Part shown: piece after piece, positions 1-11,630 of the stretch
How positions within the stretch are numbered: position 1 is the first letter of the stretch
How the letters are laid out: each line of letters starts with the position of its first letter
NCBI GenBank assembly: GCA_040954595.2
Contig: CM082580.2
Location: 858,783-922,782, forward strand
Source: Balanoglossus misakiensis
Lineage: Eukaryota > Animalia > Hemichordata
Direction: 5' to 3'
Length of the DNA stretch: 64,000 nucleotides
Position numbers and translations under genes: made by a program
The notes under the pieces: model-generated
What the model saw: the letters and a program-made list of their open reading frames with translations, nothing else
Databases searched by the model: none
Told to the model about the DNA's origin: nothing

Positions 1-286
1 CCTTAAGGTCACCATTAATTTTGTCAATATGATCAGCTTTATCTTCAGTACATTCCAAACATTTTGTGACAGCTTCTAGTAAACATTTTTGGACTGTTTC
101 TGTATCTAAGGGACAGTGCTGGGTATTATGGGTTTCACCCCTCTGATTCAAAAAGGAATTGACAAGACATCTAAACATACGTTCCCAAATTTGTGTTGGG
201 AAGCGATGAGTTAGCTTGAAATTTGTACACTGAACTAGGGTTTCCGAAGTTCCCCCTTTATGATTGAACCCTGCCAGATGTTTTAA

Positions 287-1082
287 GATGGGTCCCTAGG
301 ATCTTTTTGCTCGTTGCTATGGGCCTTTATAGGACATTACACCCCGATTTGGACTAAGCCGTTTTCAGAGTCTAACAAGGGGCTGGTAACTAGTTGAAAA
401 TCTGCACGATTGTGAGCGCGCGCCCCCTGACGCCATTGATATGCAAATTAGCTAGGTCAAATTTCAAAAGCCTAAGGCTTTTTATTCCGTGACCTCAAAA
501 ACGAACTTGATACGTATTCATTAGTTGCTTGAACCAGGGAAGATCGTGACGGATTTTGTTTTCGAATATTATCGTTGTATCCTACGATTTCAGCATACCC
601 GTACCACATCTGAAAAAGTCATCGATTTTGGGTGTTTTTGGACGCACTCTTCCACCGGTATCGCTTCTTAGCACGACGAAAACAGAAAAAAACGATCCGT
701 CACACTGTGCGGAAGTACGTTCTCAACAAGCAGGTCAAATTTGACTGGCGTACGTGGCCTATGAAAAAAGCCTTAGGGATTTTCGTGAACGGTACAAAAT
801 CTCTGTGTACAAAACATTGGATTTTTAGCGTTCGATCCAGTTACTGTGGTTACAGGACGCGCACGCTATCGCTGACCGCTGCTTTGCCGTATTAGCGTGG
901 CGGCCTATGGCCGGGCGGTAGCTGCCGTAAACATACTCGGACATGGGGTGTGCACACAATCGTGCAGATTTTCAACTAGTTACCAGCCCCTTGTTAGACT
1001 CTGAAAACGGCTTAGTCCAAATCGGGGTGTAATGTCCTATAAAGGCCCATAGCAACGAGCAAAAAGATCCCAGGGACCCATC
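287..1082. mobile_element. Non-autonomous DNA transposon (MITE), Kolobok-like
   Basis: ~128-bp near-perfect TIRs (GATGGGTCCCTAGGATCTTTTTGCTCG... at 287-415; inverted copy ~955-1082), TTAA on both sides (283-286, 1083-1086). RR...YY termini fit Kolobok rather than piggyBac. Excision restores the host reading frame. Confidence 0.88.
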
Positions 1083-1609
1083 TTAAGTCAGCATCCCAGA
1101 ATATTTTCATGATGACTGGTTGGTAATTTTTTAGAGTATGCCAGTCTCCGATAAAAGGCTGCAACCAGTCTAAATCTGCACCATACATGTCTTTTAACTT
1201 TATCAGGTGATGGAAAGTTTTCCCATCACCAACCACAACCAGGTATTTTATTCTTACACCAACTCTGAATGTAACATATACAGCTTATTGATAATGTTAT
1301 GGACAGTTTCAATAGAGTCTGCGTGTTCACTTGATATGCCCAAATAAATGACATTTGAGCATTCACTGTCATTACTGTTAGCAGTTGTTGCTAATGTTGA
1401 TTTAAAATCCCCAAATACTGTTTCTATATCAGCTCTGTGCATTGTATTTTTTGTAGAGCAAAAATGAATGCGTCAGAAAACAGTTCTGACCAAGCAATGG
1501 CTTCTTCTTGTTTAATGTCAAAATCTGACAGCGAAATTGATGACTGTGGTTGATGTTGTCTCAGTAGAGGTGGTTTAATTAAATACTACATCATCATGAA
1601 CAGTATCAT

Positions 1610-3322
1610 ATGATAAACCTGGGGGTTTTATGTGGGAGCAACAGCCTATAAAATCCCTTGGGGTTTTCTTTGGATACGATCGACTGAAATGTCTACTTTT
1701 GAAATGGGAAAAGAAAATTGAAAGGCTTAAAAGCGTGCTCAACATCTGGTCACGACGTAAGCTGAGCCTTTATGGCAAAATTACGGTTTTAAAGTCTTTG
1801 GCACTGCCCACAATTTACTACCTTATGCTTAATCTTGGTGCTTTTGAAACGTGGCTCACGAATATCAACCGTCTTATTTTCAAATTTCTGTGGAATGACA
1901 AGCCAGACAAAATCAAAAGGCTCACACTCATTGCCCCTTATGATTGCGGGGGACTAAACATGCCTGACATTTTTGCCATCCATGACGCCTTTTGTTCATC
2001 ATGGGTTCGTAGATTATGTGACAATTCCTCTGCCAAATGGAAGGCCTTGCCACTGCATTGGCTCGGGCACTATGGTCCAGATTTTCTTATTTTTCATTTC
2101 AATTTTAGCAACATTTCCTGTTTCCCATTTCTCGAGAGAATTCCCTTTTTCTATAAACAAGTAATTTCAGCTTGGCATAGTGCAAAAGGTGGTTGCGTCA
2201 CTTTCTCCAAACTCAGTAATTTAGATGTGCGTAATCAAATTATCTGGGGTAATGTCAACATTTCAGATAATGGTAAGACTCTTTTTTTCCCTGGTTGGAT
2301 TCACTCAAATATTATCTATGTCCAGGACATTGTCGATACCAACGGCGATTTTCTTCCACCTACACTGTTGTTACAAAAACTCGAGAATAAGTCAAATTGG
2401 ATAGTTGAATGGATGAAGTTGCGGAATCTTATTCCCAGAGAATGGAAGTCTGTGTTGAAAGGTACTCAGTTGCATCAGATGCGTAGAGAAAAGAATTTTC
2501 TTCATGTCAATGGAAAAGTTTTTGTTTTACCTAATGATCTGTCTCGCCTTACTTCAAAATTTTTTACAGTATTTTTGTGCAAAATCGTTTTATTCGTCCA
2601 TATTGTGAAAATACATGGAATCGTCGTTTGACCATGACTACTCCACTACAGTGGAGAACTATATGGGTTAACCAAACGACTGGATTGTGTTGTGATAGGA
2701 AACTTGCTGAATTTAACTTTAAGATTATGCATAACATTTTGCCATGTGGCATCAATCTTTTAAGATGGAAAATTAGTAAAAATGATCTATGTTGTCTTTG
2801 AAATGTAACTGATTCTTATGAGCATCTATTTTTAAAATGTCAACGTTTAGGGGATTTTTGGCAGCGTTTATCTGCTTTGCTCAGCAAACTTGGCATATGT
2901 CAAGAGGTCGACTTAGAAACTATTATTCTTGGTTACAAAACTATGTACAGTCATCCTCTTTATAGATTTGTAAACATTGTCATTACTATTGCAAAGTATT
3001 GTGTATTCGCTTCATGGGTCCATTTACAACATGATATTAACAGCATTAGAGCAAAAACCAATTTCGATATATTTTACAGATATCTACAATTTATGCACCA
3101 AATACTCAAAAGGAATAATAATCTAGATTTCACCCATTATTGGAAGAAAATCCTTGCTTCCGTCTGAGATGTAATTATTTTGTTAAACAAATGTACCTGG
3201 TGAATCTCTTTTTATATAGTATTATTTTTTATTTATTTATTTATTTATTTATTTCATCAAAACACGATTTATCTTTATGATACATGTAAGATTAAATGAA
3301 TGGAAATAAAAAAAAAAAAAAA
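1610..3322 (+). mobile_element. 5'-truncated L1/Tx1-clade non-LTR retrotransposon (end of RT, C-terminal region, CCHC zinc finger)
   Basis: ORF 1630-2631 (IKSLGV; WSRRKLSLYGKITVLKSLALP; FLWNDKPDKIKR; GGLNMPD), frameshift near 2570 into 2577-3167 with an in-frame stop at 2799-2801 in the zinc finger (CCL*NVTDSYEHLFLKC). (TTTA)n in the 3' UTR, AATAAA plus poly(A) at 3305-3322. Exact 14-bp TSD ATGAACAGTATCAT at 1596-1609 and 3323-3336. Confidence 0.92.
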
Positions 3323-3589
3323 ATGAACAGTATCATTGAATTTTTTCTCCGTAAATGTACAGGCTTTACTCACAGGTGCACTCAAACCTGTACCAGTATT
3401 TTTTGAGATAGATCTGTCAACCATGATTTTAGTATTATTTCCACAAGGAAAATTGGCCAAAATTTTATTCATTTCAGAGTCTACTGTATTTTGTGAACAA
3501 AAGCCACTGTTTAATTCCTGACACCGTTCAAATGAATTCTTTGCATTTTCACTCACCAGACTATCTTTTCTTTTAATTAACTGCCTGTT

Positions 3590-3925
3590 AAGAAGCAAAT
3601 CATAATGGCCTGGTTGACCTGGCCTGTCTGGTGTGTACAAGAGACAGACAGGCTCAGTCTTGGAGAACACATCACCATCACCTCTTGCAAATATATCATT
3701 CTGCTTGGTGTATATATGTCCTTCAAAGTATATATGATTGGCACGCATTATGTCTACTGTATCTGCTCTTAACTTGTCTGTGAATATTTTCTCTCGGTCA
3801 GCTAAAATTGGGTCAGAAGGGAGTCCATTAAGTAGACGATCACAATTTCGTAATGCAAAATCATTTCTCACAGAGATGCTCCTGAAAAAGCACCTTCCAT
3901 CACCATAAATGTTGATTAGCTGAAA
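3590..3925 (-). other. OTU-like cysteine protease domain embedded in the transposase reading frame
   Basis: INIYGDGRCFFRSIS (Cys ~3890-3892) ... LRADTVDIM ... CLLY...GHYDLL (His ~3605-3607) match the OTU Cys-loop and His-loop motifs. The usual central W-G-x-x-E segment seems to be missing. Confidence 0.7.
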
Positions 3926-6254
3926 ATCTTTGACAGTTGAATGTTTGTCATGACTGCCAAAAACAATATCATCAATACTGTTCAGAATTGACTTTGATTT
4001 TGGTTGGACCATTCGATAAGAAGTACCGTGGAAACCTCTGTCCTTTGGATCAGCTCTAACAGCTGCATATTTAGCTGATTTATCAATATTGTCAATGGAA
4101 GTTAAACAAAATGCATTATTTGCAATATTTTCCTCTGTGAAATCAGCTGATGTTCTTTTGTTGATCACTCCCAACATGTATCTATGCAATGTATCTCCAG
4201 AACAAATAATACCAAATCAATTTAGAATTTTCACTAGAGTAGATGACTTACTATAACCTTCAACAATGTCAGCCAGGTAAGTATGCAATGGGTAAGTACA
4301 ATGATCAGAACAAATGAACAATAGCATACACACAAAAGAAACGCCTGAGGAATCATGCTCTACTCTCCATAGAGTGCCGGTCATAAAATCCATAGTTGTG
4401 TTTATTCCATACAAAGTTGGAGCTTTTTAATTTATTGCGTTCACTGTTGTTCAACGTTAAATATACAACAGTGTTCCATAACATAGGGTCAACCTCACTG
4501 ACAATATATTCAACATCAAGTGTACTCAGATCAACATTGTTTGTTTTGCAGTAATTACTGAATTCTTGAGATTGCTGATAAATGCTGGCATTTAATTTCA
4601 CAGCCACCAAATCAAGCATTTTGAAAAAGTCAACGTCAACTTTACTCAAGTCTCTTACTTGCTTTTCAAGCCTCTCTATCTGTTTCTCAGCTTGCACAAC
4701 ATACTGAGGATGTTCGACAAGTGCATTTTGGAGGGCAATAGTGAGATCTGAACCTGTTCGGTACAAAAAGGTGGAGAACTTTCTACTCACTTTTGATACA
4801 ACAGAAAGGTGAATTGGAAAATACACACATAGCAATTCCCGAATAAGCCAGCTATTAGGTTTTCTGTGGAATTCCACTGGTTGTAACTTGACATTGGGTC
4901 GCAAAGTCTGATATTCATTGTCTAAACAATCATTGAAATATTGCCTGACATCAAACAATAGAATGGCATGTTTTCTGAGGAGCACTTCTCCTAAAAAGAC
5001 AACAGTTTTCCAGCATGCAAAATTCACCAAGTCGTCGTCACAGCTGCATCCTTTATTGTAGCATTGTGACATATTTTTTAATTTCTTCAGCAAGTGCTAT
5101 ATCACTCGACATAATTAAGCCTTGTTGAATACTACACCTGGCTTTTTCCGCTAAAGCAACAAATGTTTTATAACATTTCAAACAAATCAGGCTGTCTTGA
5201 GTAAGGGCAAATGGTGTGTTAGTTTGTTGGTGAAATGTTTGCACCATTTCAAAATCAGGGATTTTAAACAAATTGTTTGCCCGTGATAAGCACGAAGTAC
5301 ACAAGGGATGGCTTTTTCTCATAGCAAGGATGTAGTGACGTTGACACAGTGGAAATGATGAAACATCCTTTAAAACCTGAGTTGTCTATACTCAATTTTG
5401 TACACAGTCCTCCTCGCCTGAAATCGGCTCTATAATGTCGCGTAAAAAATGGCCTATTTTGCGACCCTTCAGCGGGGCCCACTCTAACAGCTACATGGTT
5501 TGAAGTACTTTCCCTCATTAACATATGTTAATGAGTACCGTGCGATCTGACTGTACAGACAGAATAACACACATCGAGAGATTAACAGGCAAACACTGGC
5601 TGACCCATAAGCGGCCAATGGCATGTGTACTGTACACACAGCAAATGGTCTCTTTAACAGATAGCCAGTTATGTAAACATGCAGTTACCAATCACTGTTA
5701 TTATTGACAAATTGCATCCAAGTCCAGACACAGGCTTGAATACAATGTTTAAACAATAACAACATTGCTTACCCAGCTTCACCGAGCTGAAATGATCGTT
5801 GACAACCAGAATAATACTGAATAAAAATTCAAAAATTACAGATACAGGACCTTTCGTTGCCTACATATTATATTACCGTGGTCTGTGCGTCGCATTTTAA
5901 TTGGTCAAGATGAACGACATCACTGACCACAAATACCCAGTAATGGTTTGTTTACATGCCCGTAAATCTGAATAGTAATATTAGCAAACAGTTCAGTGAA
6001 CACAACATTTTGCATAACACAAGTTCCGGGGCCCCAAGTCTTGTGTGTGGGACATTTTCAGAAATATTGACGGTTTTCTTGAGATTGTTGGTAATGTAAT
6101 GGAAATAAATGCAGGGCTCGGGCTCTAGCTAAGCTAAAATTAATGGGCTCGGAAGCCTCGCCCATGAATTTTTGGCTTTCCCCTCGCCCTTGCCCATAAA
6201 CAAACATTAATGGTCATGGCGTCATGCATTATTTCTATATTGTGTTGATCTTAC

Positions 6255-6371
6255 CTGTACACTCTCCATTGACCAATCAATATTCCACAGCACAAGTGAA
6301 ATAAAAAGAGCCTGCTGTATTCACACACTGGCCTTCACAAAGATCTGCTCTCTCCATATATTCATTGACAT
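6255..6371 (-). pseudogene. Degenerate calcium-binding EGF-like exon
   Basis: ttcAG|(D)VNEYMERADLCEGQCVNTAGSFYFTCAVEY*LVNGECT|GTAAG; 117 bp, phase 1-1; two Cys replaced (Y, F) and an in-frame stop. Confidence 0.8.
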
Positions 6372-6692
6372 CTGAAATCAAAGATAGTTATTATTATTTA
6401 TTTATTTTATTATTATTTATTTCCTAACAAATGTAATACACATACATCTTCTACAGAAAATAATAAAATTAGAAAACAAGTGAAAGCTTAAAGGATAAAA
6501 AATTACACTTAAAAACCCCAAACAAACAGAAACAGTTCTGAAAGACAATCCCTATAAACCAAAAAAGCAATGGAATGAAATAGTGCTGAATAAAAAGACG
6601 AGTCTTTAAACCCCTTTGAAAACTGTCAATAGATCCAGCATTGTGGATAGAAGGTGCACAAACACTGAATCCTATTTAGCCATATGCCTTGT

Positions 6693-6906
6693 CAGTGTTC
6701 GAAATTCATAGGAAATATCAAGCAGTCATTGTTTCTTTTAATTGCAATACATGAACCTGGGAAAGTCTAAAAGATGCCATGATACCACTAGTCAACTCCC
6801 ACGCTAAATTCAACCTGTCTGTCGGACTGGTAACATTTTATTTTTACCAGTCCTACAGAAAAACAACCAGTCTCGGACTGTCGGACAGGCTTTATTTCGT
6901 ACACTG
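6693..6906. mobile_element. hAT-like MITE
   Basis: TIRs CAGTGTTCGAAAT ... ATTTCGTACACTG; GCCTTGT duplicated on both flanks (7 bp of the 8 expected for hAT). Confidence 0.65.
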
Positions 6907-7626
6907 GCCTTGTTAAGTTTTGAAATGCTCATTCATGGTGATGAGTTATCAAGAATATACCCGTTAAAAATTACTGTACCCTCAGAGAAGCATTTTGTAA
7001 TGTCTTTAAAATGAGATGAAAACTATATGAATTTTCTAAGTGTATATTTATTCTTTGCAGAGGTAATTTATTTAGCTATAGGTTGATAATTTATGCTAAT
7101 TTCATTAAATTATGCAAATAAGTAGTGAAAATACTTGTACATGAATATATCAGACAGTCTTATAGTATCGTGTGAGGTTGATGACACATATTCTTAACCA
7201 CATATTTCTTGATCAATTAATTGTTTTTACACCAAAGTCCTCAATATCCATGGCGATCCCTTTCTAGGAATTTTAACACTCTCTATCATTCTCATTTTAA
7301 CAAAATCCCCTGAAACTTGTGTACCCTGTCAGCAAAACTTTGTCTGATTTTTAAAATACAGATTACTTTTTCTCCCTTGCAAACAAATTTTCAAAGATAA
7401 GTTTTCACATTTGTTAATTTGTTTATATTATGCATAATTATAATTGGAAAAATTCTGAGATACAATTTCAACAAACATGTGTTCAGTACGAGTGTGCGGT
7501 TGATTTCAAATTTTAAAATGTGTGCAATGGACAGACAGGATGTGTGTTTAGCTGATTGTAACCGTAGCAATATACAATCCCCAAACAATGTAGCCACAGA
7601 AGATATCAATATCCACAGTTACATAC

Positions 7627-7749
7627 CGGCACATGCATGGCCATCCTCCAGCAGATAGAATCCTGGTCTGCAAGTGCAGAGATAACTACCATGGGTATTC
7701 TGACAATAGTGTTGACATGCATATCCACCACTGTGACATTCATTCATAT
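7627..7749 (-). CDS. Calcium-binding EGF-like exon (intact frame, probably part of a pseudogene)
   Basis: cAG|(D)MNECHSGGYACQHYCQNTHGSYLCTCRPGFYLLEDGHACA|GTATGT; 123 bp, phase 1-1; six Cys and the D-x-N-E-C / N-T-x-G-S-Y-x-C cbEGF consensus. Confidence 0.88.
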
Positions 7750-7999
7750 CTGGAGGGTAAGAAGAAATTAGAAATTATTTACAAGCATTGAATTCACTTT
7801 AATTCCTTGGATTAAAAATACAGAAAAAATAGCCAACAGCTACTACAGCTAACTTAGCAAAAATGTCGACAAAATTTTACAGTGACACTGGCGTACTCTG
7901 CCACTGATATGAGGATATAAGAAAGGGAACTGGAATATTTTTTCCTCTGTATAATCAAATTAACAGTAAATGACTGCCATGGCAACATAACAGATGTTA

Positions 8000-8332
8000 C
8001 AGTCAAACCCGTGTTAGGTGCCACCTCTATATAGTGGCTACTCTGTTACAGTCCATATACATTGTGTTAGGTATTGGTATTTACTGTTATGTATAAATTT
8101 GCAGTGTACGAGGCTGAACGAGTGAGCATGTGCAGTTGGCAATAAAAAAACAGCATGGCTGTCTAGTTTGTACACACATGTCCTGTGTCGTCTAATCACT
8201 CTGGTATAAGCCCACAATAATATAGCAATATATTACACATTGCACATTAAATGACCTGACTGTAGAGGCCACCTTTCTATAAAGGCCAGTTAGGAAAGTC
8301 CCCTGTCTGGCCAGTATAGACAGGTTTGACTG
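8000..8332. mobile_element. Tc1/mariner (pogo/Tigger-like) MITE
   Basis: TA|CAGTCAAACC ... GGTTTGACTG|TA; inserted a few bp from the splice donor at 8339. Confidence 0.75.
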
Positions 8333-8339
8333 TACCTAC

Positions 8340-8523
8340 CTCTTTGTGGCTGTGAATCTGTACCTGGCCATCTCTCCTGTGGCTGTGAGTTGATAGAATT
8401 CACAGCAGCAATTGGTGGCATCTTACTGAACTGACTAGCATTTGCCATTTGCATGACACCCTCTGTGGCTTTCAGTGCAGCAGCTGGTGCCTGCTGGGAA
8501 GTCATCTTTGGAGGTGAAGTTGC
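8340..8523 (-). pseudogene. Q/P/S/A-rich exon, putative MED25 post-VWA (SD1-like) segment
   Basis: cAG|ATSPPKMTSQQAPAAALKATEGVMQMANASQFSK...SQPQR|GTAGGT; 184 bp, phase 0 to 1. AAALKATE weakly resembles vertebrate MED25 AAQNAVE (from memory). Confidence 0.55.
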
Positions 8524-8993
8524 CTGTCCAAAAAGATTAACAAACCTAGTTAATATGGAGCATTATCAAGGCCAGTATTCAAAACCCCATTTTTAATTCA
8601 TGACTGCAATTTTTGATTCGATGTTGAGCTTGCAACTCTCAAAGTCCTATTTTCAACACACATTTGGATGGGATTGAGTTTTAGGGCTTATCAACATTAA
8701 TCACATTAAAAATTGAATTTGATTACTGAGTCTGTGGCATTATCCAAAAAAGTCTTAGCATTTACAGAGTGGGTTTCTAGCAACCAAAACAGAAGTTTTG
8801 AATTTGTTTTGAAACAATAGTCAACTGTAAAGATAATGGTTAGACAAGGCTATGTGAAACAGTCATAAAAAGCTTTCAATTCACAGGATGGGTAACTAGA
8901 AACGGCTATTTTATTATATAATAAAGTAGAAGGTAGACCACAACTGTACCTGGGTGATGAAAATTGTCTCAATGGGATAAATGAAACAGTCAC

Positions 8994-9211
8994 ATTTGGT
9001 TGTTGTGTCCTGTTTGCTGTGACAGCGGATACTGGTTGGTTGGGTAAACTGGTAGGCTGACCAAAAGGCATTGATGACCTTTGACCTTGGCCCTGCATCT
9101 GGGGCTGACTTGGTTGAGTCAATTACTGTTGAGAGGATGACAGTTGTTGTGGAGACTGACTTCCAATTTGACTTGGTTGTCCAAGTGACAGATGACTTGT
9201 TGGTGCGGCAC
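8994..9211 (-). pseudogene. Q/P/S-rich exon with premature stop, putative MED25 low-complexity segment
   Basis: tacAG|(G)AAPTSHLSLGQPSQIGSQSPQQLSSSQQ*LTQPSQPQMQGQGQ...TQQPN|GTGACT; 218 bp, phase 1 to 0, compatible with the next exon; TAA at 9123-9125. Confidence 0.6.
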
Positions 9212-9246
9212 CTGTAGTAAAAATATTTAGTTGATTTATTTATATA

Positions 9247-9436
9247 CTGTAAAACGGGAAATTTCTGTGACAGGAAATGTTTGCAATATCAATAGAGACA
9301 ACTGTTATGCTACACTTAAATTTTGCTTTCTTATATTTCACTAACTGCACCAATATCCCTGAAAAACATTTTTACGTGACTTTTAATTTGCATTTTTTGG
9401 TTCTCGCGAAGTTCACAATAATTTCCTGTTTGACAG
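9247..9436. mobile_element. Tc1/mariner-type MITE
   Basis: TA|CTGTAAAACGGGAAAT ... ATTTCCTGTTTGACAG|TA. Confidence 0.65.
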
Positions 9437-9499
9437 TAATTCATCTATTGCAAACAAAGAAAATATGTCTACCTAGGATAGAATGACTGGAACAGGTGC

Positions 9500-9672
9500 A
9501 GATCACTAGTATACAAAGCCAGTTCCTCCAAAACAATGAGAGGTAAAGTGCTGCGCTCAAGGGCACAATATCGCGGTCATGAAGTCACCATCCTCAAAAC
9601 CCACGGCCATGTCCAGGTCTGGTTCTTGAACCCACAACCCTGTGCCCTCACCACAAGGCCATGATGTCTCCT
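9500..9672 (-). mobile_element. tRNA-derived SINE (degenerate)
   Basis: Minus strand: A-box-like TGGCCTTGTGG, B-box-like GGTTCAAGAACC, then GTGCCCTTGAGCGCAGCACTTTACCTC, resembling the conserved body of animal SINE2 families. 3' boundary approximate. Confidence 0.6.
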
Positions 9673-10693
9673 CAAACTCTCCTCAAAAGTCTCCTGCTTT
9701 AGTCTAATCATTGTTAGAAATACTTTCTGCTTTGACCTTTTACATGAAGGATTTGATGCATACACACAGGCCAGTTGACAAGGAAAGCCTCTCAACATTG
9801 GTAAAACTGCATAATAATGATACATTGTAATTGAATATATTTGTGAACAAAAACAATCATGGCCTTTACACTATTAGCTACAACATCTAACCCTCAAACC
9901 AATCTGATGAAAATATTTTTTGACCCAAAAATGGAGTAGAACAATTTGCATCTTTTATAGAACAGAAAAACAACAGTTCATAAAAACAATGAAAGTGTCC
10001 TTTTGATATCCTATGGCAAAATCTTTTCTTGGTCCCATCAAAGTTATAACTGCCTTTTTTATTTGAAAATTTGACAAAAAAGCCAGAGCGAATAATAATA
10101 TGTGATGTGTAATAAATATTAATAAATATATTACTACCATTTTATGGAAGTACCCATTTAGAGTAATGAAAACTTTAACAAACCACAAAAAAGGTTTTGT
10201 ACATCACCACAATAGGATGAATTGGTTGTAAATGGCCATGTAAACATGTTGTATATTTGTCCTGTGAACTTTAGAATCTGGATTGTATGATTTCAAATAT
10301 TTGCTCAGCAACAGATACCCAAGCCGTCACGCAGTTACACCCATTGGAAAATGGTATCACCCACACCAACGTGGATGGAAGTTGGTCCTGGCGCTTTTTT
10401 TCCCATGATTCAAATTACAGTTAAGGCCATATTATAAATTCTGCCAACTTTCCCTCGATTTTGTAAAATACCTGACGACTTATACTTGACGAATATGTTT
10501 TTTTTTCTGAAAGAGTGACCTCAAAGCTACCAAATTATGTAGAAAATCAGCTGGACCGGATTTCCCCTTTGAAAACAGTAAAACACAGGTGCAAGCTTTC
10601 TTTTATTATGGGTATGGCAGAGAAAGCTTTTGACTGCTGTCAAAATTCTCTGGCAAACACAGAAGGATTATGAAACTGAAAATGTTGATAATA

Positions 10694-11219
10694 CAGTGAA
10701 ACCTGTCAATACAGACATCTCTCTAATCAGGACAGATTGTTCAAGACAAAAGTAATGGCTTGAATAGAATATTACATGCACATTTCTTTTAAGGACACCT
10801 CTCTTTTAAAGGGACAAAGTCTCTCTCTCGCTGCCCTTTTTTCCATTAATAATGTTTGATACAAGACACTGTTTATGTTAATGTACATGTGTATATGTAG
10901 TGAATGAACATTCAACCATACACAACTTCCATCCCGCGTGTATGATATGGGAGTAAAAACTCACCCAAAACGAATAAATGGTAGAGACTGATTATTCATT
11001 TTGGCGATTTTTTTCACTCTCATGTCCACAAGCAGGATGGACTTTGTGTGTGGTTGAATATTGATTCACCATATATCCACATGTAGAAAAAACATAAATG
11101 GTGTCTTGTATCAAATATAATTAATGGAATAAGGGGCAGCGAGCGAGAGAGAGAGCCTGTATCCCTTAAAGGACATGTTGTGTGATCCCAGAGGTGCCCT
11201 TACTTGGCAGGTTTCAATG
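10694..11219. mobile_element. Tigger-like MITE carrying a nested insertion
   Basis: TA|CAGTGAAACCTG ... CAGGTTTCAATG|TA. Confidence 0.65.
10810..11166. mobile_element. Palindromic TTAA-flanked MITE (Kolobok-like) nested in the Tigger-like MITE
   Basis: TTAA|AGGGACAAAGTCTCTCTCTCGCTGCCC ... GGGGCAGCGAGCGAGAGAGAGAGCCTGTATCCC|TTAA; the arms are imperfect inverted repeats along nearly the whole length (e.g. TTTGATACAAGACAC / GTGTCTTGTATCAAA). Confidence 0.75.
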
Positions 11220-11367
11220 TACTTCGCACATCAGTTGTACTCCACTGTCGGTATCGAATCATTTCCTGGTTGACATGGTGAGCTTTACATAAACAGATAA
11301 ACCACCTCAAAAAGTGGGGCCCATAATTAGAGAATGGTTTTTAACCTCACAATTTTACCATAATTAC

Positions 11368-11466
11368 CTTGAAAATCGCAAAGTCTTCATATCGTCAAAT
11401 AACTGCAATGCAGTACTCAGACCTTCAGAAATCATACCGTATTTCTCACCTGCTCCTGACAAAAAT
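11368..11466 (-). pseudogene. MED25: Mediator subunit 25-like exon (VWA domain), orphan
   Basis: ttcAG|[38 protein letters not shown]; 99 bp, phase 2-2. Matches the recalled vertebrate MED25 segment [30 protein letters not shown]. Neighbouring VWA exons not found in the window. Confidence 0.8.
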
Positions 11467-11630
11467 CTGAAATACAACACAGTACAATTATTTAACAAAA
11501 GGTGTATGTAAACAATGTCTACTCTGATTGTAGACAGATTTGATTAAACATTTTATGAAACATTTAAAGGTAGGAACCTCTAATAAAAGCCAGTGAGTCA
11601 AAGGACAAAACTGAGACTTTGTCCCTTTAA

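Larger units (their letters stand above)
1..5524 (-). pseudogene. Decayed Academ-like (DUF6589-related) DDE transposase gene, interrupted by a MITE and a LINE; runs off the left edge of the window
   Basis: Collinear minus-strand fragments 5264-5524, 5053-5322 (CxxC motifs), 4353-5093, 4217-4414 (PLHTYLADIVEG...ILN*), 3337-4189 (SIDNID...HGTS..VQP), 1254-1590 and 1087-1260 (LVVVGDGKT...LDWLQPFIGDWHTLKNYQ...FWDA). After the 287-1082 insert is removed, the frame continues LKHLAGFNHKG...CTNFKLTHRF...IWERMFR and stays open to base 1. Several frameshifts and a stop at 4217-4219. Family call rests on recalled D/D/H motifs. Confidence 0.7.

Noticed and set aside
556-1086. ORFs 556-744, 632-895 and the C-terminus of ORF 1012-1236
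   Set aside because: They lie inside the MITE or read into its TIR, with no recognisable domain.
3275-3336. C-terminal FFFFFISIH... of ORF 3275-4189 as a hydrophobic tail
   Set aside because: It is the antisense reading of the LINE poly(A) tail.
5525-6100. Terminal inverted repeat of the Academ-like element
   Set aside because: The partner end lies outside the window, so no TIR or TSD can be verified.
9760-11330. Possible further MED25 exons (VLPMLRGF near 9790; SSPCQ..IPTVE near 11250)
   Set aside because: Similarity is too weak and the splice sites or frames are inconsistent.
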